DNA of 32,000 nucleotides from Nitrosococcus oceani ATCC 19707 (GTDB lineage Bacteria; Pseudomonadota; Gammaproteobacteria; Nitrosococcales; Nitrosococcaceae): NCBI RefSeq assembly GCF_000012805.1, contig NC_007484.1, positions 2,100,001 to 2,132,000 of the forward strand, read 5' to 3'. Shown piece by piece: positions 10,068 to 17,750 of this stretch (position 1 is its first letter; each line of letters starts with the position of its first letter). The notes under the pieces were generated by a model. It saw only the letters and a program-made list of their open reading frames with translations, ran no database searches and was not told where the DNA came from. The position numbers and the translations under genes were made by a program.

Positions 10068-10283
10068 TCAAACCGCGATGTGAGGAACATCTAAACTCAG
10101 CTGATGCAGTGTCTTAAGGTCGCCTGCCTTTTTGGAGGCATCCAGGACCTCTATACCTACCAGATTCCCATCCTTGTCATAGTCGAGAATAATGCCATCG
10201 GATACTTCCTCACTGCTGTCGATCTCCTTATCGTTCAGGTCAAGATACAAAGCATCAGATTGCTGATCAATTCTTAAGCGCAT
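10068..10283 (-). CDS. DUF2283-family small protein (putative antitoxin partner of DUF4258)
   Basis: The 71-aa product has DALYLDL...DYDKDGNLVGIEVLDASK, characteristic of DUF2283. It overlaps the upstream DUF4258 gene by 10 nt. Confidence 0.7.
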   Translation of the reverse strand: MRLRIDQQSDALYLDLNDKEIDSSEEVSDGIILDYDKDGNLVGIEVLDASKKAGDLKTLHQLSLDVPHIAV

Positions 10284-10504
10284 GGTTTCCTCCGGTCGAA
10301 ATAAGCAGCAATGACATACTCGTGGTCAGTTTCCCGAACTACGACTCTCAACTTCTTTCCACGTTCAGGATAACACTTGAGGAAAGAACGCTTGCCACCG
10401 CGGGTTTCTGTTTCATCCCAATCCCTCAATGTTTCATCTATCCACGACTTCAAGATACCTCGGCGTTTGATTTGAAACTCGGCGTGCGGATCAAACCGTG
10501 TCAC
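10274..10504 (-). CDS. DUF4258-family small protein (putative toxin)
   Basis: The 76-aa product uses a GTG start. Its sequence is HAEFQIKRRGI...VVVRETDHEYVIAAYF, which is DUF4258-like. It is paired with DUF2283 as in the known two-gene modules. Confidence 0.6.
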   Translation of the reverse strand: MTRFDPHAEFQIKRRGILKSWIDETLRDWDETETRGGKRSFLKCYPERGKKLRVVVRETDHEYVIAAYFDRRKPCA

Positions 10505-10923
10505 GTAACAATCTCTCTCCAGTCACACGGTTTCCAAGCCGTCTCTGCTACAAATCGGTAACGCCGGTAATTCGTCATGTTTAACAATCCATGGGTCAGT
10601 CATTTATCGATGCCTTTTCCACCGACGCCGTTGTACCCATCATATCCATCATCCGCCACCCATTTGATGGGTTTCTGCGCGGGCTCGTATTTGTCGTTTG
10701 GTTCGCCGAGCTTGAGCTTGGCCTTTATCACGGGCACCGCAGGCAGTACTGCGGTGGATGAATGAATTAAATGGGTGTCCTTTATTCTGTCCTATATTCT
10801 ACTGGAAATTTTCTCCCTCAATTGTAACCGGTTTACTTTTATCCCCTTGAGTTAGTATATTAGGGTCTGCCCCTTTTCTTTTGCTTTTTCTTCTTATTCG
10901 TCTTACATCCGCCCTGAAGTTCT

Positions 10924-12633
10924 CTACGGACCGCATTGTATAATGACCTGTGCTCCTGCCGCGCCGTTGGCTTGGTCGAACTGATCAATCGTCGTCCCAA
11001 CGCAGTCGGTGCGTCTTGTAGAAAACTCTTCCATTCTATTAGCGTAGTCCCTGAGGTCTCGCTGATACTGGCGTATGGCCGCTCTGAACTGGGCTTCCGT
11101 CATCCCTACCGCGCCGGTGAATTGAGGGGCCGGGTTAGTCTCCAGGAAATCTATATAGTCCAGGCCGTGGCTGCCCTCATGAAGACCGAGGCTTGTGCTT
11201 CTGGGCGTGACTCTGCCTCCGGCGATATCCTCCGGCGTAGTGCCTCTGCCGTAGTCTGATGGGGAAGCCGCTGTTACGCCGCGCCCGTAGAACGTCTGGA
11301 TAGTTACGGCTGGCGTGCCGGGGCCGTTGAAATTTGTGACGATTCTCCGGCCTCTCCTGGACTGCCGCTGATAATTGATCCTACCTCCCTGGATGTTTTG
11401 CCGCGTCTCTGCATGGTTTCCCAGAGCCGGATCTAGCGCATCCGGCATTATGCTCACATCAAAGCCGTTTGTGGAAAAATTCACCGCTCCCGTTAGTTTG
11501 TCGGCCACTCGTCCCTCCGGAATGGGCGTTGAGATGAACTGCTCCATATGGTGGGGAGTTTGCCACGCCCATAGCGGAATGCGTCCGCTGTTTTCCGAGT
11601 ATAACTCGGCCTCGCTCTTTCCCAGGGCAGCCGCCGCCCTGCTGATCAGCACGCGAATGGCGCTTATGTAGGCGGCTCTCAGATCAGCCTTCAAAGCACG
11701 GTCGCCGCCCAGATCATTATCGATTATCCTTTCCTGGTTCACTACCGCGGCGTACCAGCCGTCGATTACCCGATCGAAAAGAGCCCTATCGATTGGAACA
11801 TTGGGACTCTGGTAATATGAGGCGCTTCCCTCAAGGAATTTTATGGTGTCTCGAACGAATTCCCTGCGTATCTGATCGTTCGCGGGAGCGACGTTTAGCG
11901 CAGGCTGAAGTTGGACAAGCGACCGGCTATGGCCTTGCTGGACTACATGCGTCAGCTCATGGGCTAGCAGGCGGAGGCCGCCAAGCGATCTCGGTTTATA
12001 TTTTCGTTGTCCGAAAACGACGTGATCTCCGACAGTATAAGCCTGCGCATTCACCGCTTTTGCTGATTCTGCCGCCAGTGTATCAGTATGCACTCGCACT
12101 TGGCTGAAATCATGCCCAAAACGCGGTTCAAAGAGAGAGCGGGTGGCGGAATCGAGCGGTTTGCCAGGGCTGGCGAGCGTTTGCTTTACGCTATCGGGCA
12201 CTACATCGGTCCGGCCATTCGCCTCTCCAGATAAACGCTGGATACGGGGTGTAACGCTGCTGGCCCTCTGCCGTGCCGGCATAGCCATCACCCGATCGGC
12301 AATCCGGTCCGCCTCCTGCTCGTAGCCATCCCCCGGGCTGCTCACCTTTAATTTTTTCTGCACTGTTACCGGTGCTTGTGCAAATGCCGACATCCCGTTG
12401 AAATTGGGTTTTCGCTCCACACCCACTCCCTGTAGTGATTCATTCCCTCCAACAGCACCAGCAAGTAGTTGATTCACCGCATGGTTGCCCGCCATGCGCT
12501 GTAAGTTAAGCAGGCCAGCTAAAGGATCTAGCCGAGGACCCGCCTCCACGTGAGGCCGCGGGCTTCCATTCCCACGTCCTTCAGCATTCCGCTCTTTCCC
12601 TTTATTACTTCGAGCTCGCGCAGTTTCTGGCAT
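10924..12633 (-). CDS. DUF4157 domain protein with zincin motif; putative eCIS cargo/effector with an uncharacterised C-terminal domain carrying a second HExxH
   Basis: The 569-aa product has N-terminal LQRMAGNHAVNQLL and SPGDGYEQEADRIADRVM. It then has FEPRFGHDFSQVRVHTD...YTVGDHVVFG...LLAHELTHVVQQG, the DUF4157 signature. A second motif, GLHEGSHGLDY, lies near the C-terminus. It is the last gene of the injection-system operon. Confidence 0.75.
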   Translation of the reverse strand: MPETARARSNKGKERNAEGRGNGSPRPHVEAGPRLDPLAGLLNLQRMAGNHAVNQLLAGAVGGNESLQGVGVERKPNFNGMSAFAQAPVTVQKKLKVSSPGDGYEQEADRIADRVMAMPARQRASSVTPRIQRLSGEANGRTDVVPDSVKQTLASPGKPLDSATRSLFEPRFGHDFSQVRVHTDTLAAESAKAVNAQAYTVGDHVVFGQRKYKPRSLGGLRLLAHELTHVVQQGHSRSLVQLQPALNVAPANDQIRREFVRDTIKFLEGSASYYQSPNVPIDRALFDRVIDGWYAAVVNQERIIDNDLGGDRALKADLRAAYISAIRVLISRAAAALGKSEAELYSENSGRIPLWAWQTPHHMEQFISTPIPEGRVADKLTGAVNFSTNGFDVSIMPDALDPALGNHAETRQNIQGGRINYQRQSRRGRRIVTNFNGPGTPAVTIQTFYGRGVTAASPSDYGRGTTPEDIAGGRVTPRSTSLGLHEGSHGLDYIDFLETNPAPQFTGAVGMTEAQFRAAIRQYQRDLRDYANRMEEFSTRRTDCVGTTIDQFDQANGAAGAQVIIQCGP

Positions 12634-12690
12634 GGTTTTCTTTCGAATCTTTCTGGAAAAGTCAAAAATATTCAGCGATGAAGGCGCCTT

Positions 12691-12969
12691 TTATCCTGCT
12701 TTTTCTATTATCTCAATGTCTGTCATACCAACACTACAATCCGGATTAATCACAATGAGAGACCGTCTACCTAGTTTTGCTTCTAGAGCAATTGTCGCAG
12801 AGAAGGTAAGTTCTTTTTTATTTTCATTCACAGAAACATTTTCAACAGTCACACCCTCCCCAAGCTTAACTTTTGCACCTTGCTGGAAATTTTCTCTTTC
12901 TCCCTCTCCCTTGACTGTAACTTTACCGTGTGTTTGCCCTTGAGTTAGCGTTCCGTTCCGGGTCCCACG
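12691..12969 (-). other. Start-less reading frame encoding an Ig-like beta-sandwich domain, in the -1 frame relative to the upstream gene (detached C-terminal domain)
   Basis: My own translation is ...LTQGQTHGKVTVKGEGERENFQQGAKVKLGEGVTVENVSVNENKKELTFSATIALEAKLGRRSLIVINPDCSVGMTDIEIIEKAG*. The frame is open from the TAG at 12970..12972 to the TAA at 12691..12693. It has no ATG, GTG or TTG near its 5' end. The plus-strand track ORF 12632..12943 is its antisense shadow. Confidence 0.55.
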
Positions 12970-13733
12970 CTATTAATTATTACTTCACCTCCTTCACATC
13001 TCCACCATAAATGGCCAAAGGAGCGCACCAAACGGCGACAAGAACAATTATCAATTGTTTGAATTGTGCCATCTTCTCCAATCTCGACCTTTGCTAGAAC
13101 GACCCACGGCTCAGAGGGGCAGGACGGGCATTCGGGGATTGGACCACTAAATAGCCTTTTGGTATCTGGCGGTTCCCCCTCGTGAGACTCCGGACATCGG
13201 GTCAATATTCCTATTTCGTATCCATCCTTCCAACGTGAATACTCACATTGGGTATCATCGCAACCACAACCAACCGGCTGCACCCGTACGGGCCGTGACA
13301 TCATTTCTTTATACTTAACTGCGATATAGCGAGGACCTGTTTCCTCACATGGAACAAATACCTCGCTGCACCAGGGATCTGGAGCTTCAACACAAGGCTC
13401 TCCGGTGACGCCATTTACGCCCCTGGTGCGTAAATCCACTATCCGTTCACAGTCGATGAAGATCTCATCCCCGTAGGGCCCTAGGAGATATCCAGGCGTG
13501 ATTCTGACTTTCCAAGGTTCGATGCTCCGCCCGGAATTCATTATCGGGCACACCTTCGCGCCGCATACAACGCCCCAGCCATGGATCAAGCGATTATGGC
13601 GGCGAAGCTTGTTACGGAAATATTCCAACACCAGATTGAGATCATCTGGAGTTATGAGCTGCCGCGGAAAGAAACGGGGACGTTCGTGCGCATCATCGCA
13701 CAGCGGTTCGCGGCATAGCGTATCAGTCTTCAT
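12945..13733 (-). CDS. Cys-rich eCIS accessory protein, paralogue 4 of a shared N-terminal module family; apparently truncated by a frameshift
   Basis: I placed the start at ATG 13733 (MKTDTLCREPLCDD...), with an AGGAG Shine-Dalgarno sequence 7 nt upstream and 13 nt after the preceding stop. The N-terminal module is RPRFFPRQLITPDDLNLVLEYFRNKLRRHNRLIHGWGVVCGAKV...ITPGYLLGPYGDEI. The body contains many Cys residues. Confidence 0.6.
   Translation of the reverse strand: MKTDTLCREPLCDDAHERPRFFPRQLITPDDLNLVLEYFRNKLRRHNRLIHGWGVVCGAKVCPIMNSGRSIEPWKVRITPGYLLGPYGDEIFIDCERIVDLRTRGVNGVTGEPCVEAPDPWCSEVFVPCEETGPRYIAVKYKEMMSRPVRVQPVGCGCDDTQCEYSRWKDGYEIGILTRCPESHEGEPPDTKRLFSGPIPECPSCPSEPWVVLAKVEIGEDGTIQTIDNCSCRRLVRSFGHLWWRCEGGEVIINSVGPGTER
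12949..12960. repeat. 5-bp tandem duplication (plus CGTTC CGTTC CG; minus CGGAA CGGAA CG) at the stop of gene 12945..13733
   Basis: The repeat is read directly from the sequence. Deleting one 5-nt copy fuses the upstream ORF to the Ig-like frame, giving ...SVGPGTLTQGQTHGKVTVKG... Confidence 0.6.
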
Positions 13734-13746
13734 AAGATTTCTCCTA

Positions 13747-14490
13747 TTATTGAGGCTCTTCTTCGCGCACCAGTGACAAAATGAGTTCGTAAAGCAGTTG
13801 GTTAGTATAGACAATAGGGCGAATATAGATATCGATTTTCGGCTCCCACTCTGTACCCGAATCTCGCAATAGGATATTTGCCAAAGGAATACAGCAATCC
13901 ATAGGCAGGGGCCGGCATGGTCTGGTCACCTGGTCGACGATAGCGCAATAACTAATGTGCTGTCCCTCAATTACGTCTGGGAATGTACTTTTTTTTTCAG
14001 GAATATGCCCTTTTTTTATTTTGATCTCGTACGTTTCCCGGATAGAGCCTGGAGCACACATGGCAACCTCGCAGTCGCTTACCATGGCTGGCACGGGATC
14101 GCTCTTACATTCCCTGTAGCATAGCCCTACATAATAAGCGTATTCTTCTTTGCATCTAGACTGTTCTTCAGCTTCTTCGTCGGGGTAAGATGGAAAACCT
14201 GGCAGCGCTTCCGGTTGTGTAGCTTGAGGTACAACAATTTCTCTGCCGCAGCGGTCTACAGCAACACCAGGATGAACAATAATCGCCTTTTTGTCCGTGG
14301 TTAATTTGACATCCAATCCGCACACTACACCATAGCCTGTCACCAGGCGGTTCAAAAGCCAACGCTTTTGATTAAAATAGTTTGTCTCCAACTCCAAATG
14401 AAAAACATCAAGTAACTTCCCATGAAAAAAATGATTACGCGCAGGCGCATCAAGGCCGCCGTGCTGGGTCCGGTAATAGTCTTTGCCCAT
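13747..14490 (-). CDS. eCIS accessory protein, paralogue 3 of the shared N-terminal module family
   Basis: The 247-aa product has an AGGAGGA Shine-Dalgarno sequence upstream. The module is NHFFHGKLLDVFHLELETNYFNQKRWLLNRLVTGYGVVCGLDV...VHPGVAVDRCGREIVV. The centre of the protein is Cys-rich. Confidence 0.6.
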   Translation of the reverse strand: MGKDYYRTQHGGLDAPARNHFFHGKLLDVFHLELETNYFNQKRWLLNRLVTGYGVVCGLDVKLTTDKKAIIVHPGVAVDRCGREIVVPQATQPEALPGFPSYPDEEAEEQSRCKEEYAYYVGLCYRECKSDPVPAMVSDCEVAMCAPGSIRETYEIKIKKGHIPEKKSTFPDVIEGQHISYCAIVDQVTRPCRPLPMDCCIPLANILLRDSGTEWEPKIDIYIRPIVYTNQLLYELILSLVREEEPQ

Positions 14491-14541
14491 ACCCTTATCC
14501 TCCTCTCGAGACAGTGCGTTTACTAACTAGCCATTCAATTC

Positions 14542-14571
14542 GCTATATTTGTTTCTTACATCACTGTTCAA
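14542..14571 (-). promoter_or_regulatory. Possible internal sigma70-like promoter (TTGAAC-18 nt-TATAGC) in the only sizeable gap of the operon
   Basis: On the minus strand I read TTGAAC at 14571..14566 and TATAGC at 14547..14542. They sit within the 85-nt gap between the NHL-gpI gene and paralogue 3. This is a motif match only. Confidence 0.2.
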
Positions 14572-14575
14572 ATAC

Positions 14576-16819
14576 CTAACCTACACGCGTAGCCAACCCA
14601 ACTTGGTTTCGTTCCCCAATTCGGCCGGCAGGTTCTCCACCGAGCGTTACCCCTCCAGCACTATTTTCTCCAAGTCTGGAAACCGATGGTGGACCAGCAA
14701 TGACGGTGTCAACACCCACTCGTGCCTGATAACCCACGCGCATGCGAGGTTCGATAATGCAAACTTGATAACTCGTATGCGCAGGTTTCTCCCGCTCGAT
14801 TACAGCGCGTACACGCAATAGCGTATCCGCGCACCGCAGCTCGCCTCGATAGAGAAGCACGCTGAACTGATAGGCCACATCTTCAAAAAGCGGTGCCCCG
14901 AACTCTTTACTGGTAATCAAATGAGACTGATCTAAGATGGTGGTAGTACCCACCACTGCGCCCTGTGGCTCAGCTGACGCAAGCCTGGTAGTAAACCCGA
15001 GGATCGAGTTTTCTTCATTTCCCCAGGATAGATAGCTTGGATCAGATATTTTATCTTCCATCTCTTCTCTTATCGGCAATACCCACCAGGCGGAGTTGAG
15101 ATTCGGTTCCTCGATAATGGCATGAACACCGGCAAAAAGGCGCAATGATCGACGCAAGCCCTCAGCAGTCCCCTGCCAAGCATAATTTTCGAAAGCTTCA
15201 ACAATCACCTGACGTTGCATGGCTCCATCCCAATCTTCATCCAGCTCCATTGCCAACCAACCGGCAAGCCAGGACAGCATTTCTTTGGGAATCGCATTTG
15301 GATCAAACAGAGCGGGGAGATGGGCTATGGTTCCTTCCACTTCATTAAAGAAGCTTTCGAAGAGGGGGAGAAAACGCACTAAAAATTCTCGAGAGTGGAC
15401 GCTATTGATGTAAATTGCCGGCAGGTGTTTCAGGTAAGTTTCTTGATCAAATTCCACTCGCATCTGGGAAATGATTGGGCTTGCCGATCCATCTCCAGAA
15501 AACACCGCACCTATCCACAGGCAACAGGCAGGAGTATCTCCTATGAAAAAGTCGGACACATTGAGCGGCAAGGCACGCCATTTCGCATCGCTAAATGGGT
15601 TGGGGCTGCTTGGATCAACAAGCGGCGGATCATCCTCCTGATCCGAGGTATGCACAAAGAACTGAATATGCGCGCCGGATTCAAGTGAATCAACTATGGT
15701 ATGTAACCGATGCCATTGCACTTTGGACTCGGCCGATTTGATAACACGGCTCCATAACATCCCTTTATTCCGATAACCACTGTCAAGGGTCAGGCGCAGC
15801 GGCGCAAGAGCAATACCACTATGGATAAGCAGACCCTCTTTTCCATCCAATGCAAGTGCAGCTACTGGCCCCTCGTAGCCCAGTGCCTCACCGGCAAACT
15901 CGAAAGTATCAGATTTTTTTTTGAAGGTGAGTACGCGCCTCCGATTATTATCGCCTACATAGATTGTATCCTTGTCGACAGCAATGCCCATGGGCTGCTC
16001 AAGGTATTCTTCACCAAAGGCAATGGATTGACCTGAAGTATCGAGTACGGGATGGCCATTATTATCAACTACAAAAATTTTCCAGGCACCTTTGGCATCT
16101 TGTGCAACAATATAAAAATAGAGCTCTTCTCCTATTGCGCCCGCTGCGATGTCACTGGGTTGTTGTAAGTTAGCGGCTTGCAGAGTCTCCCAAAAATCAG
16201 GAATTACTTCTCCTAAGAAATTGAATTTCTGCACGCGCTGATTGCCGTAATCCACCACGTAAACATTGCCTTTGGTATCCGCTGCCAAAGTCCACGGCGT
16301 GTTAAAATATCCGGGCGCGTCACTTGGTTGAGGTAAGCTGAAGGGATCCTGCTGGCCCCATATAGCAACCAGTTGCAGCGAAGCAATATCGAATATCTGA
16401 ATGCGGTGATTGCCGCTGTCCACCACCAATAGCGAGCGCCGATGGGGAGGAATCAATAGCCCACGCGGGCCGTTGAGTTGAGTCGGTTTACCGTTTTTAC
16501 TACCAATACAGGGAACAGTCTTAAGCTCGCTATTACAACCGTCAATTTTCAGCAGTCTATGTGCAGCTGGATCGCTAAAGTAGACAGTTCCATCAAGATC
16601 GACTGTAATACCAGCGGGCGCTCTGGACGGAGCAATAGCTTCTATCTCTTCTGGCAGTTTTTCCTTTAGCAGTGGAATAGAATAGAGCCGCAGTGTACCA
16701 TCCTGGAGCAATTCCAGTCCTTCCCATTGAAAGTCGGGCCATTCATTATCTCGATTTAATACAGAAAAGCTGCATTGTGATCTTGATTCATAGCTAACCC
16801 TCAACGCCCATCCAAACAA
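14576..16819 (-). CDS. Baseplate protein: N-terminal NHL-repeat beta-propeller fused to a P2 gpI-like (TIGR02242-type) phage tail domain (Afp12-like)
   Basis: The 747-aa product has several NHL-type blades (LLVVDSGNHRIQIFD, NVYVVDYGNQRVQKFNF, IYVGDNNRRRVLTF). It then has YLKHLPAIYI...FLVRFLPLFESFF...LFDPNAIPKEMLSWLAGWLAMELDEDW...YAWQGTAEGLRRSL, which is typical of gpI-family tail proteins. The start is uncertain (TTG 16819 on the track, with no nearby ATG). Confidence 0.7.
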   Translation of the reverse strand: MFGWALRVSYESRSQCSFSVLNRDNEWPDFQWEGLELLQDGTLRLYSIPLLKEKLPEEIEAIAPSRAPAGITVDLDGTVYFSDPAAHRLLKIDGCNSELKTVPCIGSKNGKPTQLNGPRGLLIPPHRRSLLVVDSGNHRIQIFDIASLQLVAIWGQQDPFSLPQPSDAPGYFNTPWTLAADTKGNVYVVDYGNQRVQKFNFLGEVIPDFWETLQAANLQQPSDIAAGAIGEELYFYIVAQDAKGAWKIFVVDNNGHPVLDTSGQSIAFGEEYLEQPMGIAVDKDTIYVGDNNRRRVLTFKKKSDTFEFAGEALGYEGPVAALALDGKEGLLIHSGIALAPLRLTLDSGYRNKGMLWSRVIKSAESKVQWHRLHTIVDSLESGAHIQFFVHTSDQEDDPPLVDPSSPNPFSDAKWRALPLNVSDFFIGDTPACCLWIGAVFSGDGSASPIISQMRVEFDQETYLKHLPAIYINSVHSREFLVRFLPLFESFFNEVEGTIAHLPALFDPNAIPKEMLSWLAGWLAMELDEDWDGAMQRQVIVEAFENYAWQGTAEGLRRSLRLFAGVHAIIEEPNLNSAWWVLPIREEMEDKISDPSYLSWGNEENSILGFTTRLASAEPQGAVVGTTTILDQSHLITSKEFGAPLFEDVAYQFSVLLYRGELRCADTLLRVRAVIEREKPAHTSYQVCIIEPRMRVGYQARVGVDTVIAGPPSVSRLGENSAGGVTLGGEPAGRIGERNQVGLATRVG

Positions 16820-17750
16820 TATTCCAATTAGATCTAATATGATCTTTTACTTTCTCTTCATGCTCTTGTTGTATTCCAGATATACAAACAAAATCTTCGA
16901 CTGTAAACTCCTCAGCTTTCCTCTCTTCAATATGCATAAATTCAACAAGAAATAAGGTTGTATCGGGTGGTGATTTATTTGTTTTTATCTCGACTGTTCT
17001 AGATCCCTCAATGCGTGCTGAATAGCATGGGGGAATAAGGAATCCAGCTTTGGTAGTCTCGATTGTTGCTTTGAGCTTTAAAGGGAATTGTTCCTGTTGG
17101 TTCTGACTGTCAGGAAACTCCCATTCAGGTAAAACCTGTCCACAGGCAATGTAAGGTTGCTTAGCAGGCCGTGCATTACGCCGTTGGGCGATAGAAGGAT
17201 CTTGCTTCAACTGACAGTTAAAGACCTCAATTCGGGCAAGCACAATTTTCAGCCCGTTCTTAATGTCCTCTTTTATTTTAGAGTTCTTTACTCGCAAGTT
17301 CTCTTGCCCATCTCTCTGCAATCGCACCCAGCAGAATACGGGTGCTTCCTGTAATCTAACCACACCGCGCGGCAGGCAGATGCCTTCGCGCGTTTCGGTT
17401 TCTTCCAGTCCCGAATTATCGGGATAAGATACAGTAAGATCATAAAATACTGATTTGCCGTCGCCCTCCGCCGATATTGGGGGAATTGGCTCTTCCTGGC
17501 TTTGGGTCAAGACGATTTCACGCCCTAATGCGTCGATAGCATAGCCTGGATTTATAGTAACTTTGCGATTCCCTTTCTTGCCGTAAATAGCAAAACCACT
17601 TCCTATGCCCGGCTGGTGCAAACTCTTATTGTGCAGCCAACGCATTTCTCGGTTAAATGTTTCTATACCCTGCAGATCTGAGGCGAGCAGTCGCTGCCCA
17701 TTAAAAAATTGCAAACGTTCAAGGTATCTTGTCTCGTCAAAAATTGCCAT
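16794..17750 (-). CDS. eCIS accessory protein, paralogue 2 of the shared N-terminal module family
   Basis: The 318-aa product has a GAGGTGA Shine-Dalgarno sequence upstream. The module is LERLQFFNGQRLLASDLQGIETFNREMRWLHNKSLHQPGIGSGFAI...INPGYAIDALGREIVL. It is the same length as the neighbouring paralogue 1 and is similar to it over the full length. Confidence 0.6.
   Translation of the reverse strand: MAIFDETRYLERLQFFNGQRLLASDLQGIETFNREMRWLHNKSLHQPGIGSGFAIYGKKGNRKVTINPGYAIDALGREIVLTQSQEEPIPPISAEGDGKSVFYDLTVSYPDNSGLEETETREGICLPRGVVRLQEAPVFCWVRLQRDGQENLRVKNSKIKEDIKNGLKIVLARIEVFNCQLKQDPSIAQRRNARPAKQPYIACGQVLPEWEFPDSQNQQEQFPLKLKATIETTKAGFLIPPCYSARIEGSRTVEIKTNKSPPDTTLFLVEFMHIEERKAEEFTVEDFVCISGIQQEHEEKVKDHIRSNWNIVWMGVEG

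Noticed and set aside
10505..10760. Short minus-strand frames between the DUF4258 gene and the effector. One is ...PVIKAKLKLGEPNDKYEPAQKPIKWVADDGYDGYNGVGGKGIDK* and the other is MTDPWIVKHDELPALPICSRDGLETV*. The KLGEPNDKYE segment faintly echoes the SPGDGYEQEAD motif of DUF4157 proteins.
   Set aside because: They are too short, have no convincing start or Shine-Dalgarno sequence, and the resemblance covers only a few residues. This could be a relic of a second cargo gene, but I cannot support that.
10013..10785. A direct repeat ATGGGTGTC(Y)TTT at 10013 and 10771 flanking the DUF4258/DUF2283 cassette, considered as possible mobile-cassette ends.
   Set aside because: Only 13 of 14 positions match. 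A rough estimate gives dozens of such near-matches by chance among all position pairs in 32 kb. I found no extended similarity beyond the core.
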